64,000 bases of DNA. Origin: Cetorhinus maximus (Eukaryota). Position 1 is the first letter of the stretch, and each line of letters opens with the position of its first letter. The notes beneath the pieces are model-generated. The model worked only from the letters and a program-made list of their open reading frames with translations, made no database searches and was not told the origin of the DNA. The translations under genes and the position numbers were made by a program. Shown here one piece after another: positions 39,598 through 51,755 of the stretch. The stretch covers positions 60,574,001 to 60,638,000 of the forward strand of contig NC_135898.1 of assembly GCF_964194155.1 (NCBI RefSeq), in the 5' to 3' direction.

Positions 39598-40306
39598 TTT
39601 TATTTAAATATTTAACTTGCATTTACTTTCTTTTGTAAGATTAGACCTTGTAGTTTTGAAGCAACGAGCCACAGAAGACCAGCTGTAAATTTCTACATTG
39701 CTCACATCCTCTAGCATCATCTGTACCCCTTTAAGGCCAGTCTGGGTTTAACAATTTATTCCCATTTGATTTGACCATTTTTGTTTTGTACGATCAAGCC
39801 ATGTAGTTTTGAAAGGATCTGCTGTAAATGTCTTTTTGTAAGTACTAAAAGGAGTGGTGAAAATGTTGTTCTTTATTATGGTTTCACGTATCTGTGCAAT
39901 ATTGTACTAAAGAAGTTAAAGCACTGTTTTGGAGTTTAGAGGAAAATCATTGCAAGTCGAAATCCCAACTTACATTGGTCTAAACTGGAATAACGTGTAA
40001 CGAGTAGCGTGTGGCGATTCTGAACACTATCGAGTTTCTAATGTCAAGGCGCTTTAACTGAAGGACAATCAGAAAAAAATATTTAAGGTTCTGTTTATTT
40101 ATTTAATGAATGTACTGTTTACGTGGTGACAACGTATTTTCATTTGCCTGGATTGTAAATTTATTGACAGAGGTCAAAAGATAAAAGTTTCTAATTTTTT
40201 TCCAGACAATACTATTGTGTTTATTATTTCTGATGATTTCTCCAGATGTAACATAGTTATTTACTGCGAGAATAATGGGTGTTCTGTATGTTTTAGAAAA
40301 AAATGA

Positions 40307-40378
40307 AATAAAATATTGGCGTTTTTGATATTGTAATGCAGAATTTTGTTGAACAGACTTGTTGTAAACTAAAATAAA
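40307..40378 (+). terminator. Candidate HMX3 polyadenylation signals
   Basis: AATAAA at 40307 and 40373 closing an AU-rich, TGTA-rich 3' UTR. Confidence 0.55.
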
Positions 40379-42935
40379 ATGTAAGCATTCCTTGTTACTC
40401 AAATGTGTAGTTTCATCCAAACATTAGTTCTAGAAACAGGGAAGCCACTGTTTTGCCAATGAAGTACCATTTGTGGCCAAAAACGACACGTAATTTGCTG
40501 ATACCGAACCACCATCAGTTGAGAGGCCTAAAATTTCATGGCGTCCATGCTTGAAGGCATAATCATTTCGCGGGAAACTAGCTGGATTGGTATTTTATAC
40601 AATGCATCCGTGTATCTAATCTGGAGGAATACGTTATTCTACATAGCAAAGAAAATGTCACCTCAGCTTTTCCATAATTATTCTGAAGCATTCTTAGCCA
40701 ACTATTATCTGCTACATGGTGTATTATGTTTCATGTTCCTTGTAGTGAGGTTAGTGTTTATTTTGTGAGTCACATTTTGCAATACGATCATATCTGATGT
40801 CTCCCTTCACGTTAGCTTTGAAACCTCAGACAGTGGTTAATTAAACTAACTAATACAAGTTAGGAAACAGTTATGAAACCAATGGTTGATCTGCATATTG
40901 ATTCTTTTTCAATCAATGCTTTATTTTTCAAAAGTCCTTTTAATTTATAGTGAAGGATATTGGGAGGACTGACTGATTCTCCAAGGGAATTGAAACTACT
41001 TACAGTTAAAGGTATAACCTGTAGACGTATTTCGCAATGGCTGGAGGGCTCAGTTACAGTGCACAGCACCATGCAAGTGGTTGTACACACAGGATAGGAA
41101 CATATTTAATTACGAATTAAAGAATTACCTCTATGTTAAGTGACAGTTCTTCTTATTTTAAAATAGAGTTCCAGCAAGTAGGAGGACAGTTTCTATTCTG
41201 TGAGCAGTGTGATATTTAAATAGTGGCCGCAAACCAGTCAGATGCCGTTGCTGGATCAAGTACAGACCAACCGAGTTTAGTAAGCCCTTGAACGCACAGA
41301 TATGTGCCGGTGCTTGTATACTGAAAATATATTTTAATCATTCCTATTTTTGCAGAAGGTCACGGTTAAAGTCCTTTACAGGTGAACAACTCTAGGTTAT
41401 TCAGTGTGTATTTTTATGGTTGACATCCTAGAAACCAGCAGCGCCGTGTTCTGATTTTCAGATAGTATTGCTGTTAGTTTATCGCGTGAAAGCTGTCAAC
41501 AGTGTTGTCAGATGATTCACAAGTGACAAGGCGCTAACTAGGTGGCTCTGTGCCTTTGATTGTGTTTTAATTTGTTATGCGTCATGGCTGAAAATAAACA
41601 CAACACAGAAGCCAAAACATGTTGCCCCTTGTGTGAAGTAACAACAAAATTGTGCCTTGTATTGTTGGCGGTACTAACTTTATGACAACAGTGTCAGCAT
41701 GAACTTTTAAGACGTTTATATAGTAAACACACAACAGTTTAACCAACAGAAAACAACGACTACAAATATGTAAAAGTACTTTTATTTTGTATTGAGTGGC
41801 CTAAAAGTACCTTGCCTGACCTAATCTACACTATCAAGAGCTGACCGATAAAAACAAGGTTATGCTTAATATATTGCACTTTGCTTGCATTTTAAAATTG
41901 ATCAAGTTGTAAAGCGTTGTCTAACCATAAGATACTCTTGTACGAAGAAGGCGTGGTGCCCTACTACTGATACAGCTTCACTGATACAGTAATTGTGCTG
42001 TATATGATTCATTAGCAACCTGTAGAAATTTACCTCACCTCAATAATCAATTCAACTTTACATCAAAATTTTTTTTTAAATTGCTTCCTGTCAGTTTTTG
42101 GATCTTTTGGCTTTGTGTGACCCACATAATTCTACATTTGCAAATCAAATGTATCTCCATTAAAATTATAAGATTTAGAACTATAATTAGTTTGTTAACT
42201 CCGATAATATGACAAAATATAGTCACGCCTTTGAACATGGGAGTCATTCCAAATATATGTAAACGATTTAAGTATAATTCCACTTTGAAGATTTAAGATT
42301 GCAGTAATCCTCCCTCTTCAAAAGTGTTCTTTTTAGTCAATTTGCAGGCTTCACTGTTACTTAGTTTTTCCATTCGATTGCATCACAGTTTTCCAGGTTT
42401 TATTCACAACAACAGACTGGTGTTTCTTCAAACTTTCTACACAACTTAACAACAATTTGTTTACACCCGATGTCCTTATGCCAGTGGTACTAGAATGGTT
42501 ACTGACCCAATTAAAATACTTGAGAAAAATGGAGGCTGGTCTCTTGTTCTCGACTTTCTATCATTCATCCTTTGGCTTCATGTTATTTTTCCTCCTCAAC
42601 CTAGCTATCTCAACCACCAATTTTACTTGTCACTCATTTCCTCACGTAAATAATTTTCTCGCTCGGTGTCTGAATTAATGGTCAGACAACACGAACTGTT
42701 GAGGGAAAATTGCATTGTAAAATAGTTTCTCAAAGTCACTTTCACAATCCTGCATAAATGAAATGATTCTTGCTCAGGACATGTAGCTAAGCCTTTACAC
42801 CATTACCACCATATTCACCAATTTTGTATGAACAGTTTCTCTCTTCCGTTATTCGGCAAACAATTATTGTGTAAAATATAATTTAAGGATGCTTGTTTCA
42901 ATTCTATTAAGCATGTGAATAATTACTTTATCAAC

Positions 42936-43005
42936 CATGGTCTAATTGAATGGCGGAGCAGGCTCGACGGCCTGAATGGCCTACTCCTGTTCCTCTATTC
43001 CTATG
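42936..43005 (+). mobile_element. Short CR1 3' tail
   Basis: gaatggcggagcaggctcgacggcctgaatggcctactcctgttcct, a CR1-type 3' end. Confidence 0.7.
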
Positions 43006-46000
43006 TTCATCTGTATTTACACGATCGTCATTATAATGGGAAAGTATACACGAATTACATACAGTTCTTTTTATAGACTAACAACATTTACATTAATTGC
43101 AAAGCACTGGTTTGCGTCTAGAGAAAGGTTTGCTTTTGTTACACAGAGTGGCGTCTCAGAAATAAGAGGCGCTATATGTACAAAATGTGAACAGCTCCTG
43201 CTTAGCACTTAAAGCGTTCCGGTTTCCAAATCCCTGCTTTTGTTTGATACATCGTCATTTCTGTAAATATGGCTGCACATACACCGCTGTCATGTTTGCA
43301 CCTTACACACACATGTATTTCTTTTATTTGGTGCAAAACACGGGGAACTTTTGTATAGCAAACATTACAATAATTCCAAACAGATATAACCTTTCCATCA
43401 CTCTCCAGAACAGTCTTCCGAACCACCATGCAGATCATTTGTAGTGAGCTCAGTTCAGCTTCAGCGGCCTGCGGGTATTTTGCAGTTTAACAACTGCACT
43501 AATTTGCGTCGAACTCTCCAAAATATCTGTTTAACTCTGGCGTTAATCTCTGCCTATCTCTCAGAAACACTTAGCGACTTTCCGGGGGGAAACGGTGGCA
43601 TTTGATAGGTCAGTATGTTTGTTTACAAACTTTATTTCTGCATAAAATGTGTTTACTGTATTAAAAGAGACGAGATACAAAGCATCTTCGAGGTAATCAC
43701 GTTCCTGTATCGACTTGTGCGATGCAAACTCTGCGAGGGGCCATTAAAGAGCATTAATAGATTGGCATAGCATTATGCTTTAGTTGGTATTGATCGCAAA
43801 ATGTCTGTAAAATATTGTTTCAATGAGTTGCACTGCTCATCGTACGCTGTTGGAATGTTGTGACCTTGATTTGTTGGCACAGAGGGGAAAAGGGGGAGTC
43901 AAAATGAGCACAGGATACCCAGGGTGTCTTCAAACTTAATCTCCAAACTCTAAATATATTGTGATGCTCGCCATATGTGGTAAAAAGGAAAATCCGAACG
44001 CATTTTAACTGCTACTGCTGATAACATGTCTTCATTCGCTGTATGCATTTCGAACCTTGCCTCTTGTAAAGGCATCTCTCAAATAGGTTTACTTAGTAAT
44101 TAACCGTGATTCGCGCTTCGTGGCCGTGCCCGGCTTATTATTCTGCAGAACAACATCATCAGAGATACAAAGATAAACAGCAGGTTTGAAGTATCTACTG
44201 TTCGGTTGGGAACTAGCACCTTGCTCTACCAGGTGTTAAGTGTGAGCCCTACCAAGCATCACCCGGGCCCATTATTATTATTTTTTAGATCCGCAGTTTA
44301 AAGAATCCTTTGCACCTCCGAGTCCCATTCGCCTCAGTGATGGAGTGTAACCATCAGATTTTCATCAAAGTTCTATTAAGTGAAACATAGGTTGCAGGGC
44401 ACCTCTGATTGAAACAGTTTAAATTTTAATTGTGTTTTTAATTTGACATATAGTTGCTGAAAAGAATGACACTACACGCTACGGGGCGGTCGATTTTCTT
44501 AATTCATCCCCGAGGAATTGATGAGTCTATCAGTCCAGTAGATTGGAAACCCATTAACGCTCTATGGTTTACGCGTCTTAGGTTGTTAATTGGAACTTGA
44601 TGGATTGTAGCCCTTTGATAGGCTATGCTGATCTAATCTCGACGACTTCTGTTTTCCAATAAATTACACAATTCATTTTCCAGCCCCGATTACATAAATT
44701 GTACACCTCCAGGCTCCCGTGGAATAGGGAGCCTTTTTGCAGCCCGTTGTGAGATGTCATTTGTACCAGGAACAGCAAGCTTTTGAATGAAAATCGAAAC
44801 ATAATCAACGTTTATACTTAGAAAATTTATTGATATCATTTTCTTCGGTAATTTCCTTATTTTAAAGTTCGACGCGCCATACATCATAATACACACGTGT
44901 AAAGGACTGTATTTAATATTTATCGAAGCTTGATTCGCAGATCAAACTTGTTTATGACTTCATCTGTCACTGCAGGTGGAACCTTTGCAATATTATAGGC
45001 GGTCAGGAGGCTATTTCCAGCAGCATAAACCTACTAAAGATCAATTTTCATTAGTGACAATGCGCGCCTGACATCCTCTATACTTTTTTGGGGATGGGGA
45101 GGGAGGAGGGAGGATTCCATTTTCTGTGCTTTTGCAATCTGTGCTTAGAGCTTAACAGGCGTGATACAGTAGCAGTGATTACAGAGCAGATTTATTCTAG
45201 GTACGCTTCCTCCAGCATACAAAAGAAAACACCGGGAAAGAAAAACACCTCACAAAGCTATACAGCTAAGGACAGCAGATACGAACCCTTTTTTCAAAAT
45301 AAAATGTGATTTTGGGCGCTCTCTTTAAGCAGATGTGCGCATTTAACGGGATTTTGAATAGCAAAGGTTCACAAAATGTGCCTATATAATATGTTAATGC
45401 AGATTTCACGCTTTTTCTTTATTACCTCCAAACTCCATTCAAACACGGTTCTCTGCTTAGCTGTAGGCAATATATCACATGGTAAAATGTTTGCTCATGA
45501 GCACATATGGCTACCGAATTTGGATTTTAGTTGAGTAACTTAAAGAGAAACTTAATTATTAGGAGTTATACACGGTGTACGTACATTTTTTTAAAATATA
45601 ATTTAATACAGTACTATAGCAACTCAAGTATGAGTAATGGTAACTTTGCTCCCAATATAACGTTTGCAGCAAATGAAGCCTTGTTATGCTTTGGAAAATA
45701 TGGAAACGTATTTTTTTTTTGGCGAAGTATGTTTTGTATTTGTATTACAAATCACACTGTTCGAAATTTCCAGATGAATTGTGTGATGTCCCAACGAGTT
45801 GTATGATATTCATGTTTAGTATCTACATAAGGAACCCCGTGGATAAGTAGGCTCGGTTTGTAACTTTCTGGAGCTGCTACAGTTTCTATTTGTAGTTTAA
45901 ATACCGGCTGCAGCCCCAGAGCCTGACTGAGAGCGGAATGAAGACTGATCATCCAGCGCTGTTTGCAAGGGCGCGCCACGTTAACGAGCTGACACAATGA

Positions 46001-47256
46001 TTAAAGCTGACCATTTGTAATGTGTCGCGACCCCGTGAAAGCATGAAAAGGTTAATGTGGTAGAACGGTGCAGGGCTCTCACACCTGCCGCCCAGAGCAG
46101 GGCAAGAGCGCAGCCCCTGTCAATCAATCAATGAACCAAGCCCTTTCCGCAGTCAGCTTTCAGGAGCCAGCACAATAATCAAGTAAACAAAGTCGAACTC
46201 CAATAAGATCGATTCAGATTTGTCACAGAAAGCTTCAATTTTAGAAACGAAGTATCAGCAGTGCTGATGTTTAATTGGTGATATGCAAAGAGATGGCCTC
46301 AAAATAGCACTGCAGTGGAATTAATATAATGTAAAACACTCGCTTTTGGAACAAGGCTCTTTCTTTATATATGTCAATCGAACTGTATTTATTAATCGAG
46401 ATTTTTTTTGCAACTACTAATATACAGGACAATCAACTAAAGTAGAGTCGCAGAGATCTGTTATTTATGAGGGAAGTGAATGTAAATAGGGTGGAAACCT
46501 TAGTGGCAAAGTTCTGCTTATCATTAAATTAAATCAGTGAAATTTTAAGCATTTGATCATTACCACCCTCTCAAAAGTTAGCTTCAATTAATCTTATGCT
46601 TACAATGCTCAACTATGTAATGAGATAATCGATAGGAGATCATGCTAATCTTTCGACAATCTACTAACTTTATGGGGAAGCTAGAACTGTCAGTCAAATC
46701 AGTAATGCGATACTTTGAGGAGTTAATGTACCTAGAAAGCGATTTAAATCTAATCACCAAATTTCTAGCTTTGTGTTTATTAACCGGCCATCACTATCAT
46801 TTATCAAAATCATGTCATCCTACAAACTCTGCCTGTTCAACACGGTTAGTGCGTTATTTTAATGGTTCACATATCTGTACATCATGAAATACTCAGATTA
46901 TGGGATAGGTGTATCTTATTCGATCAACCGGCTAACCAGCTAGTTTCTTAATTAAACCTAGGATTCAATTAGACAGTCATAAATTAATGCATTTCTTAAT
47001 GGTACATCTACCTCAGCTAATTTAGCTGCGGTGTTAGAAATTTTGTCATCGATCAAGGAACTGATTAATTTATTCACTAATCAACGGACTGTCCATTTAG
47101 CACTAAATACATCGTGTGTTACTCACACTTGCACATCTGTTGCTGATAGTAAATAAATTGTAGAGGTTTTCCATGTCCTGACAACTGCCCATGTTGCGTG
47201 ACTTCGCTGTTCTATCAGATCCATACAACATTTATAGCGCGGCGTGAATGAACATA

Positions 47257-47400
47257 AACAGAAAATGCTGGAAAAACTCAGCAGGTCTAGCAGCATCTGT
47301 GAAGAGAGAAACAGAGTTAACGTTTCGAATCCGTATGACCCTTCTTCAGCCCCTTTTTGTTCCAGATTTCCAGCATCCGCAGTATTTAGCTTTTATCTTA
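47257..47400. mobile_element. Penelope-type short insertion with 5' inversion and 13-bp target-site duplication
   Basis: GTGAATGAACATA at 47244-47256 and 47401-47413; two halves of the 30550 repeat in opposite orientations. Confidence 0.88.
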
Positions 47401-49599
47401 GTGAATGAACATACATTGTGTTTAAGACTGTTATTCTATGTGGATAATTAACAATTGTATTTTCTATGCTTGATACACTTTGTCTTGAATACTTCGTTCC
47501 ACTCCGTATTCCTTATTAAATTGTTAAATACACATTGGATACAAGACCAGGAATATCTAGCTTCACCCCTCCATTTATTTGGTTCAAAGTCTTGAATTTT
47601 ATTTCTACAACTAGACATATCTTCAAGTGCTTTTATGGAACTCAAGTTCCGGAAACTTAATTCCACCCAGTTTGTTTCTATCCCTCATCTCAAGAATAGA
47701 ACGATGAAGTGGCCAAAACACTATAAAGTCCGTGGCGAATTAATGATCGATCCAAGCATAAAAGAGGGTTCATTTAACATAAATTATTCAATATCGTCCA
47801 TTCCAATAGGAAAGTCAAGTAACTGTATCTGGCTATTGGTAATCTCAGTCCAATTGAATACTAGTTTTAAAATACTGACATCAATTCCGTTTACCAAGTT
47901 GTTTATCTTATTTTCCCTCCTGTCATATCAATAATTTGTTGAATGTCTGTTGCGATCTCCTATTGCATCTTCCCAGCGTCGCCATGATGCCTGACGCCAA
48001 GAAATGTGCATCCAATGTAATTGCTGATACTGGTACATGACCCTCTCACCGCACTTAACCTTCGTTTTTAGTCAGTTTACAACTACAAAATCAAACGCTC
48101 ATAAATCAGTCGTGTGCTAACACACTGTATTGCCAAACCCACCCAAAAGAAAGAGGAGCACCCTTTAGTTGCTCAAATCTCGGCCTCCAATATCAGTTGC
48201 GTCTTGTGACCAGCTCCAATTATAGTACAGATTTGTGACCAAGTTTTTACACCAACTCACAGCACCCCCCGCCCTTCTTCCCGTCAACAGTCAAATTTTG
48301 GTAAAGTTTAAATAATCCAACCTCAACCAGATTCGCTCACCGTATTGAGTTTCCAATCAATATGGCACCCAACGTTTTCTCTAGCTATGTACTAAACTTG
48401 ATCGTAGTTAACTAACCAAATTTATTCAGTCTTCGGTTAAGAAAACAAGCACCATCTAAGGTGTAAGTATTTATTGGCGCCGTTAGCAGCCAAATGTAGC
48501 TTCAGCAACCAGAAACCATCATTAGCCAAATTCATTCAAGGTTTGTAACTAGGTTAAACCTGTTCGCAACCCAAATTTAACCGCTTAATCTCCCACAGAC
48601 TAGTAACCGGATTTAATCCAAAATCCCAATCAGTGACGAACTCGATATGCAGCCACTGTACATTAGGGGCATCAGACACCAAACTCAAACTCATTCCAAA
48701 TCTCGAATGCCTTTTGTTATTTGCTGAATCTATTACCAGATTCCACTACGGTGTTACAAGGCTCCGGGTGAGATCATGATCCCCCCACCCCCTCCCCCCA
48801 CACCATCCCATCTAAACACAATAATAAAACTCAACTGCAGTGCCATTTGCATTTTGCAGAAATGAATGTTTCATGAATCAGTTCCACTATTGAAAGAGAA
48901 CCCAACATTCTGCTGGTATCACTGTATCGCTAGTTGCTCCAGTCACAGCCCAGTGACTGCTCACACCACCAATCTTCACAACTACATGTAAAAACAGAGA
49001 AAACCTTGCACCAAATCGGGTCAAATTAGTTAGAATGGACTGAAGAATTATTCTCCATTTTCAACATCTCCCAACAAGGCGAACAAAATGAATTTTGCTA
49101 TTTAATTTCCAACTCGATTTGTGTTCTTTTCTTTCAAATTCTCTCATAACATTTTATAATAGTGAACATTCAGATTCATGGCTATTCCACCCCCTCCCCA
49201 TACTCCGCCCGGGAAAAGCAACATCACCACAGAACCCAAGTACAAAGCCGTTACCAATTTAAACTATTTTTATAAGCCTGTCACTACGAGGAGCCCCGTT
49301 CCTGATTTTCGATGAGCAACAGCCAGCCTCCTCTGAGCCCTATATCTAGTCAGACGGTTACACTGTCAAGTGACCTGTACCACAGCCTATCGTTCATTAA
49401 AACTTAACACAACCAAACAAGCCAGAGTCACCACGTGCGCGAATTAGGGCCGCATCTATTGTCACACAGTATTGCATCATCTTCCTCCAAAACGAGAATA
49501 TGTTTTAACATCACAAACATCGACAATCAATCAAATTCTTGGGTTAACCTAATCATCCTTCAGCTTGTGTAAAGTTCAAAATTTCCGGGACTGAAAGCT

Positions 49600-49680
49600 G
49601 TTTTTGATTGGCTGCAGCAACTCAAACCTACATGCAAATCAGCCAACGCCACTGACTAGGCAGCAGATCAATACAGGTTT
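49600..49680 (+). promoter_or_regulatory. Probable HMX2 proximal promoter
   Basis: Reverse CCAAT (ATTGG, 49606) and octamer ATGCAAAT (49632), ~200 bp upstream of the ATG. Confidence 0.5.
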
Positions 49681-49817
49681 ACGGGACGCAGAGAATGCAT
49701 TCAGCCCGTGCATGTTCAGGGAAAGCGACTGCAGAACAAAGCCACAACAATATACGCCGTCTAACACTTCTGCAAACCATTGTAAGCAAGTTCATTTTCT
49801 TTTTTTATGAACACAGA

Positions 49818-50082
49818 ATGAGTAACAAAGACGACATCACAAAGTGTTCTCCAGCTCCGATCTCCAGCTTTACGATACAGTCCATACTTGGGACCTCGTC
49901 GGAGGAAGAACGCACAGGTTGCAAAGATAATGCAAAAGTAAATGCCAGGAAGCGCTGTTTATCCGACTCCTCGGACGAAGAGTTAACCGAGGAAGGATAC
50001 AAAGACCTAGCCTGCTTCTGTTCTGACTCTGGCCCCACACAGCCCTGTCGCAGACACCAGACTATCAGCTACACTTGTGTGA
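49818..50082 (+). CDS. HMX2: Homeobox protein HMX2 (NKX5-2), coding exon 1
   Basis: MSNKDD...ISSFTIQSILG (eh1 motif, HMX2-type N-terminus); phase-1 donor A|GTAAGT keeps frame with exon 2. Confidence 0.92.
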
Positions 50083-51213
50083 GTAAGTAAAGAAAAATCC
50101 TTTCTATTTATCGTGCACCATTATCCTCAAATCCTTTTTTGTGTATAGTTTGGAGAAACAATTTTATTTGAGAAACACAATGCGTCTGCCCTTAATAACA
50201 CGTTTAACTTTAAATTAAATTTAAACTGTTTTTATCTATATAGCTCTCTATACATTGTTCGGTACTATCGTATAGAAATGTCTCTCACTCGATTGTCGCT
50301 AACACCCAAATGCCAACATTTATAATCCATTTTAAGTCAACAATGACTCTTATATGAAAACCGAAACTGCTAAAAACTCTCGGCAGATCAGATAACATCT
50401 GTGGACTCTAATACTTTGGGTGGGTTTAGTCGGTGAAGCTGCTTGATACAAACATAAAGGAATTCCATATTTTACTGCGGACAGAAAGCACTCGCACTAT
50501 TTTCCTTTGACACCAGCAGCTTGGCATTTCATAAAATAACACAGCCATTTAATAAATAGAATTCGAGGAATTAAGTTTAACAGTTACGTTATGACTGGAA
50601 CCCCAGGTAAGAGACTACGACAGCAATCCTGCTCCTGCCATCATTCGCACCACATTGCTTCTGGATTATAATCCACTCACATGACTACTTATTTTGATCA
50701 AATTTAATATCGCGAATTATGATACAAATTAGGCAATGCGCTTCCTGCTCATCTTTAACTCGGCGTTTACAAAGCCTGAATAACCGAGGCAAGCAGCGGC
50801 ATTTAGCAAAATTATGACAGTAAATGCAGAAAATACAGGCGAGGCGTATTAAAGGTTGTTTGCTAATTCGTATAGATAGCTGCAGAGTTGGAAATATGTT
50901 TCCTTATCACCCAACCTTAAATATCTTCATTTTTCCTGCTGCCCATTGACACCTTATAATATAGTTTTCATTATATTTAAAAGTAGTTTCTCACATCAAG
51001 TTTTCATGCAATGATGCATGTCATGCACTCCAGAAGGAATAAAAAATATCAAAATAAATGTGCACTATATGTGTCAGTCCCTTATTCTCGCCGTATAGAT
51101 ACCGCAAGTGAGGTTTTGTTTAATATATAAAGGGAGAGGGATAGTGAAAAGATGAGGACTACAAAGAATAGCAAAAATATATCTGAGAAATGCCTTATTT
51201 TTCTGCTTTTTAG

Positions 51214-51755
51214 GTAATACTAAAGGAGTTGGCACCGCTGGGGAGGAAACTACGGAGAGAAGGCAGCAGCAATACCTCTCGCAAGATGGTCAGGTTTACA
51301 AAGAGGAAAAAGAAAAAAACTGCATGCAGACATCAACAGACAGACAGAGGGAGGGAGACAGACAAGGGAATCCGACCAAGAAGAAGACTCGTACGGTTTT
51401 CTCTCGCAGCCAAGTCTACCAGCTAGAATCCACCTTCGACATGAAACGTTACCTGAGCAGTTCGGAAAGAGCCTGCCTCGCCACCAGCCTCCAACTCACA
51501 GAGACCCAGGTCAAAACCTGGTTCCAGAACCGCAGGAACAAGTGGAAGCGACAGCTCTCAGCAGAACTCGAGGCGGCCAACATGGCCCACGCGTCAGCGC
51601 AGACTCTAGTAGGAATGCCTGTAGTTTTCAGAGACAATTCCCTTTTGAGGGTTCCAGTCCCCAGATCAATTGCGTTCCCTGCTCCTTTGTACTATCCAGG
51701 CAACAACCTTACAGCTCTTCCCTTCTACAATCTCTACAACAAAATCGAATACTGA
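51214..51755 (+). CDS. HMX2: HMX2 coding exon 2 (homeodomain); 268 aa in total
   Basis: Acceptor ttttctgctttttag; [69 protein letters not shown], end YNLYNKIEY*. Confidence 0.96.
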
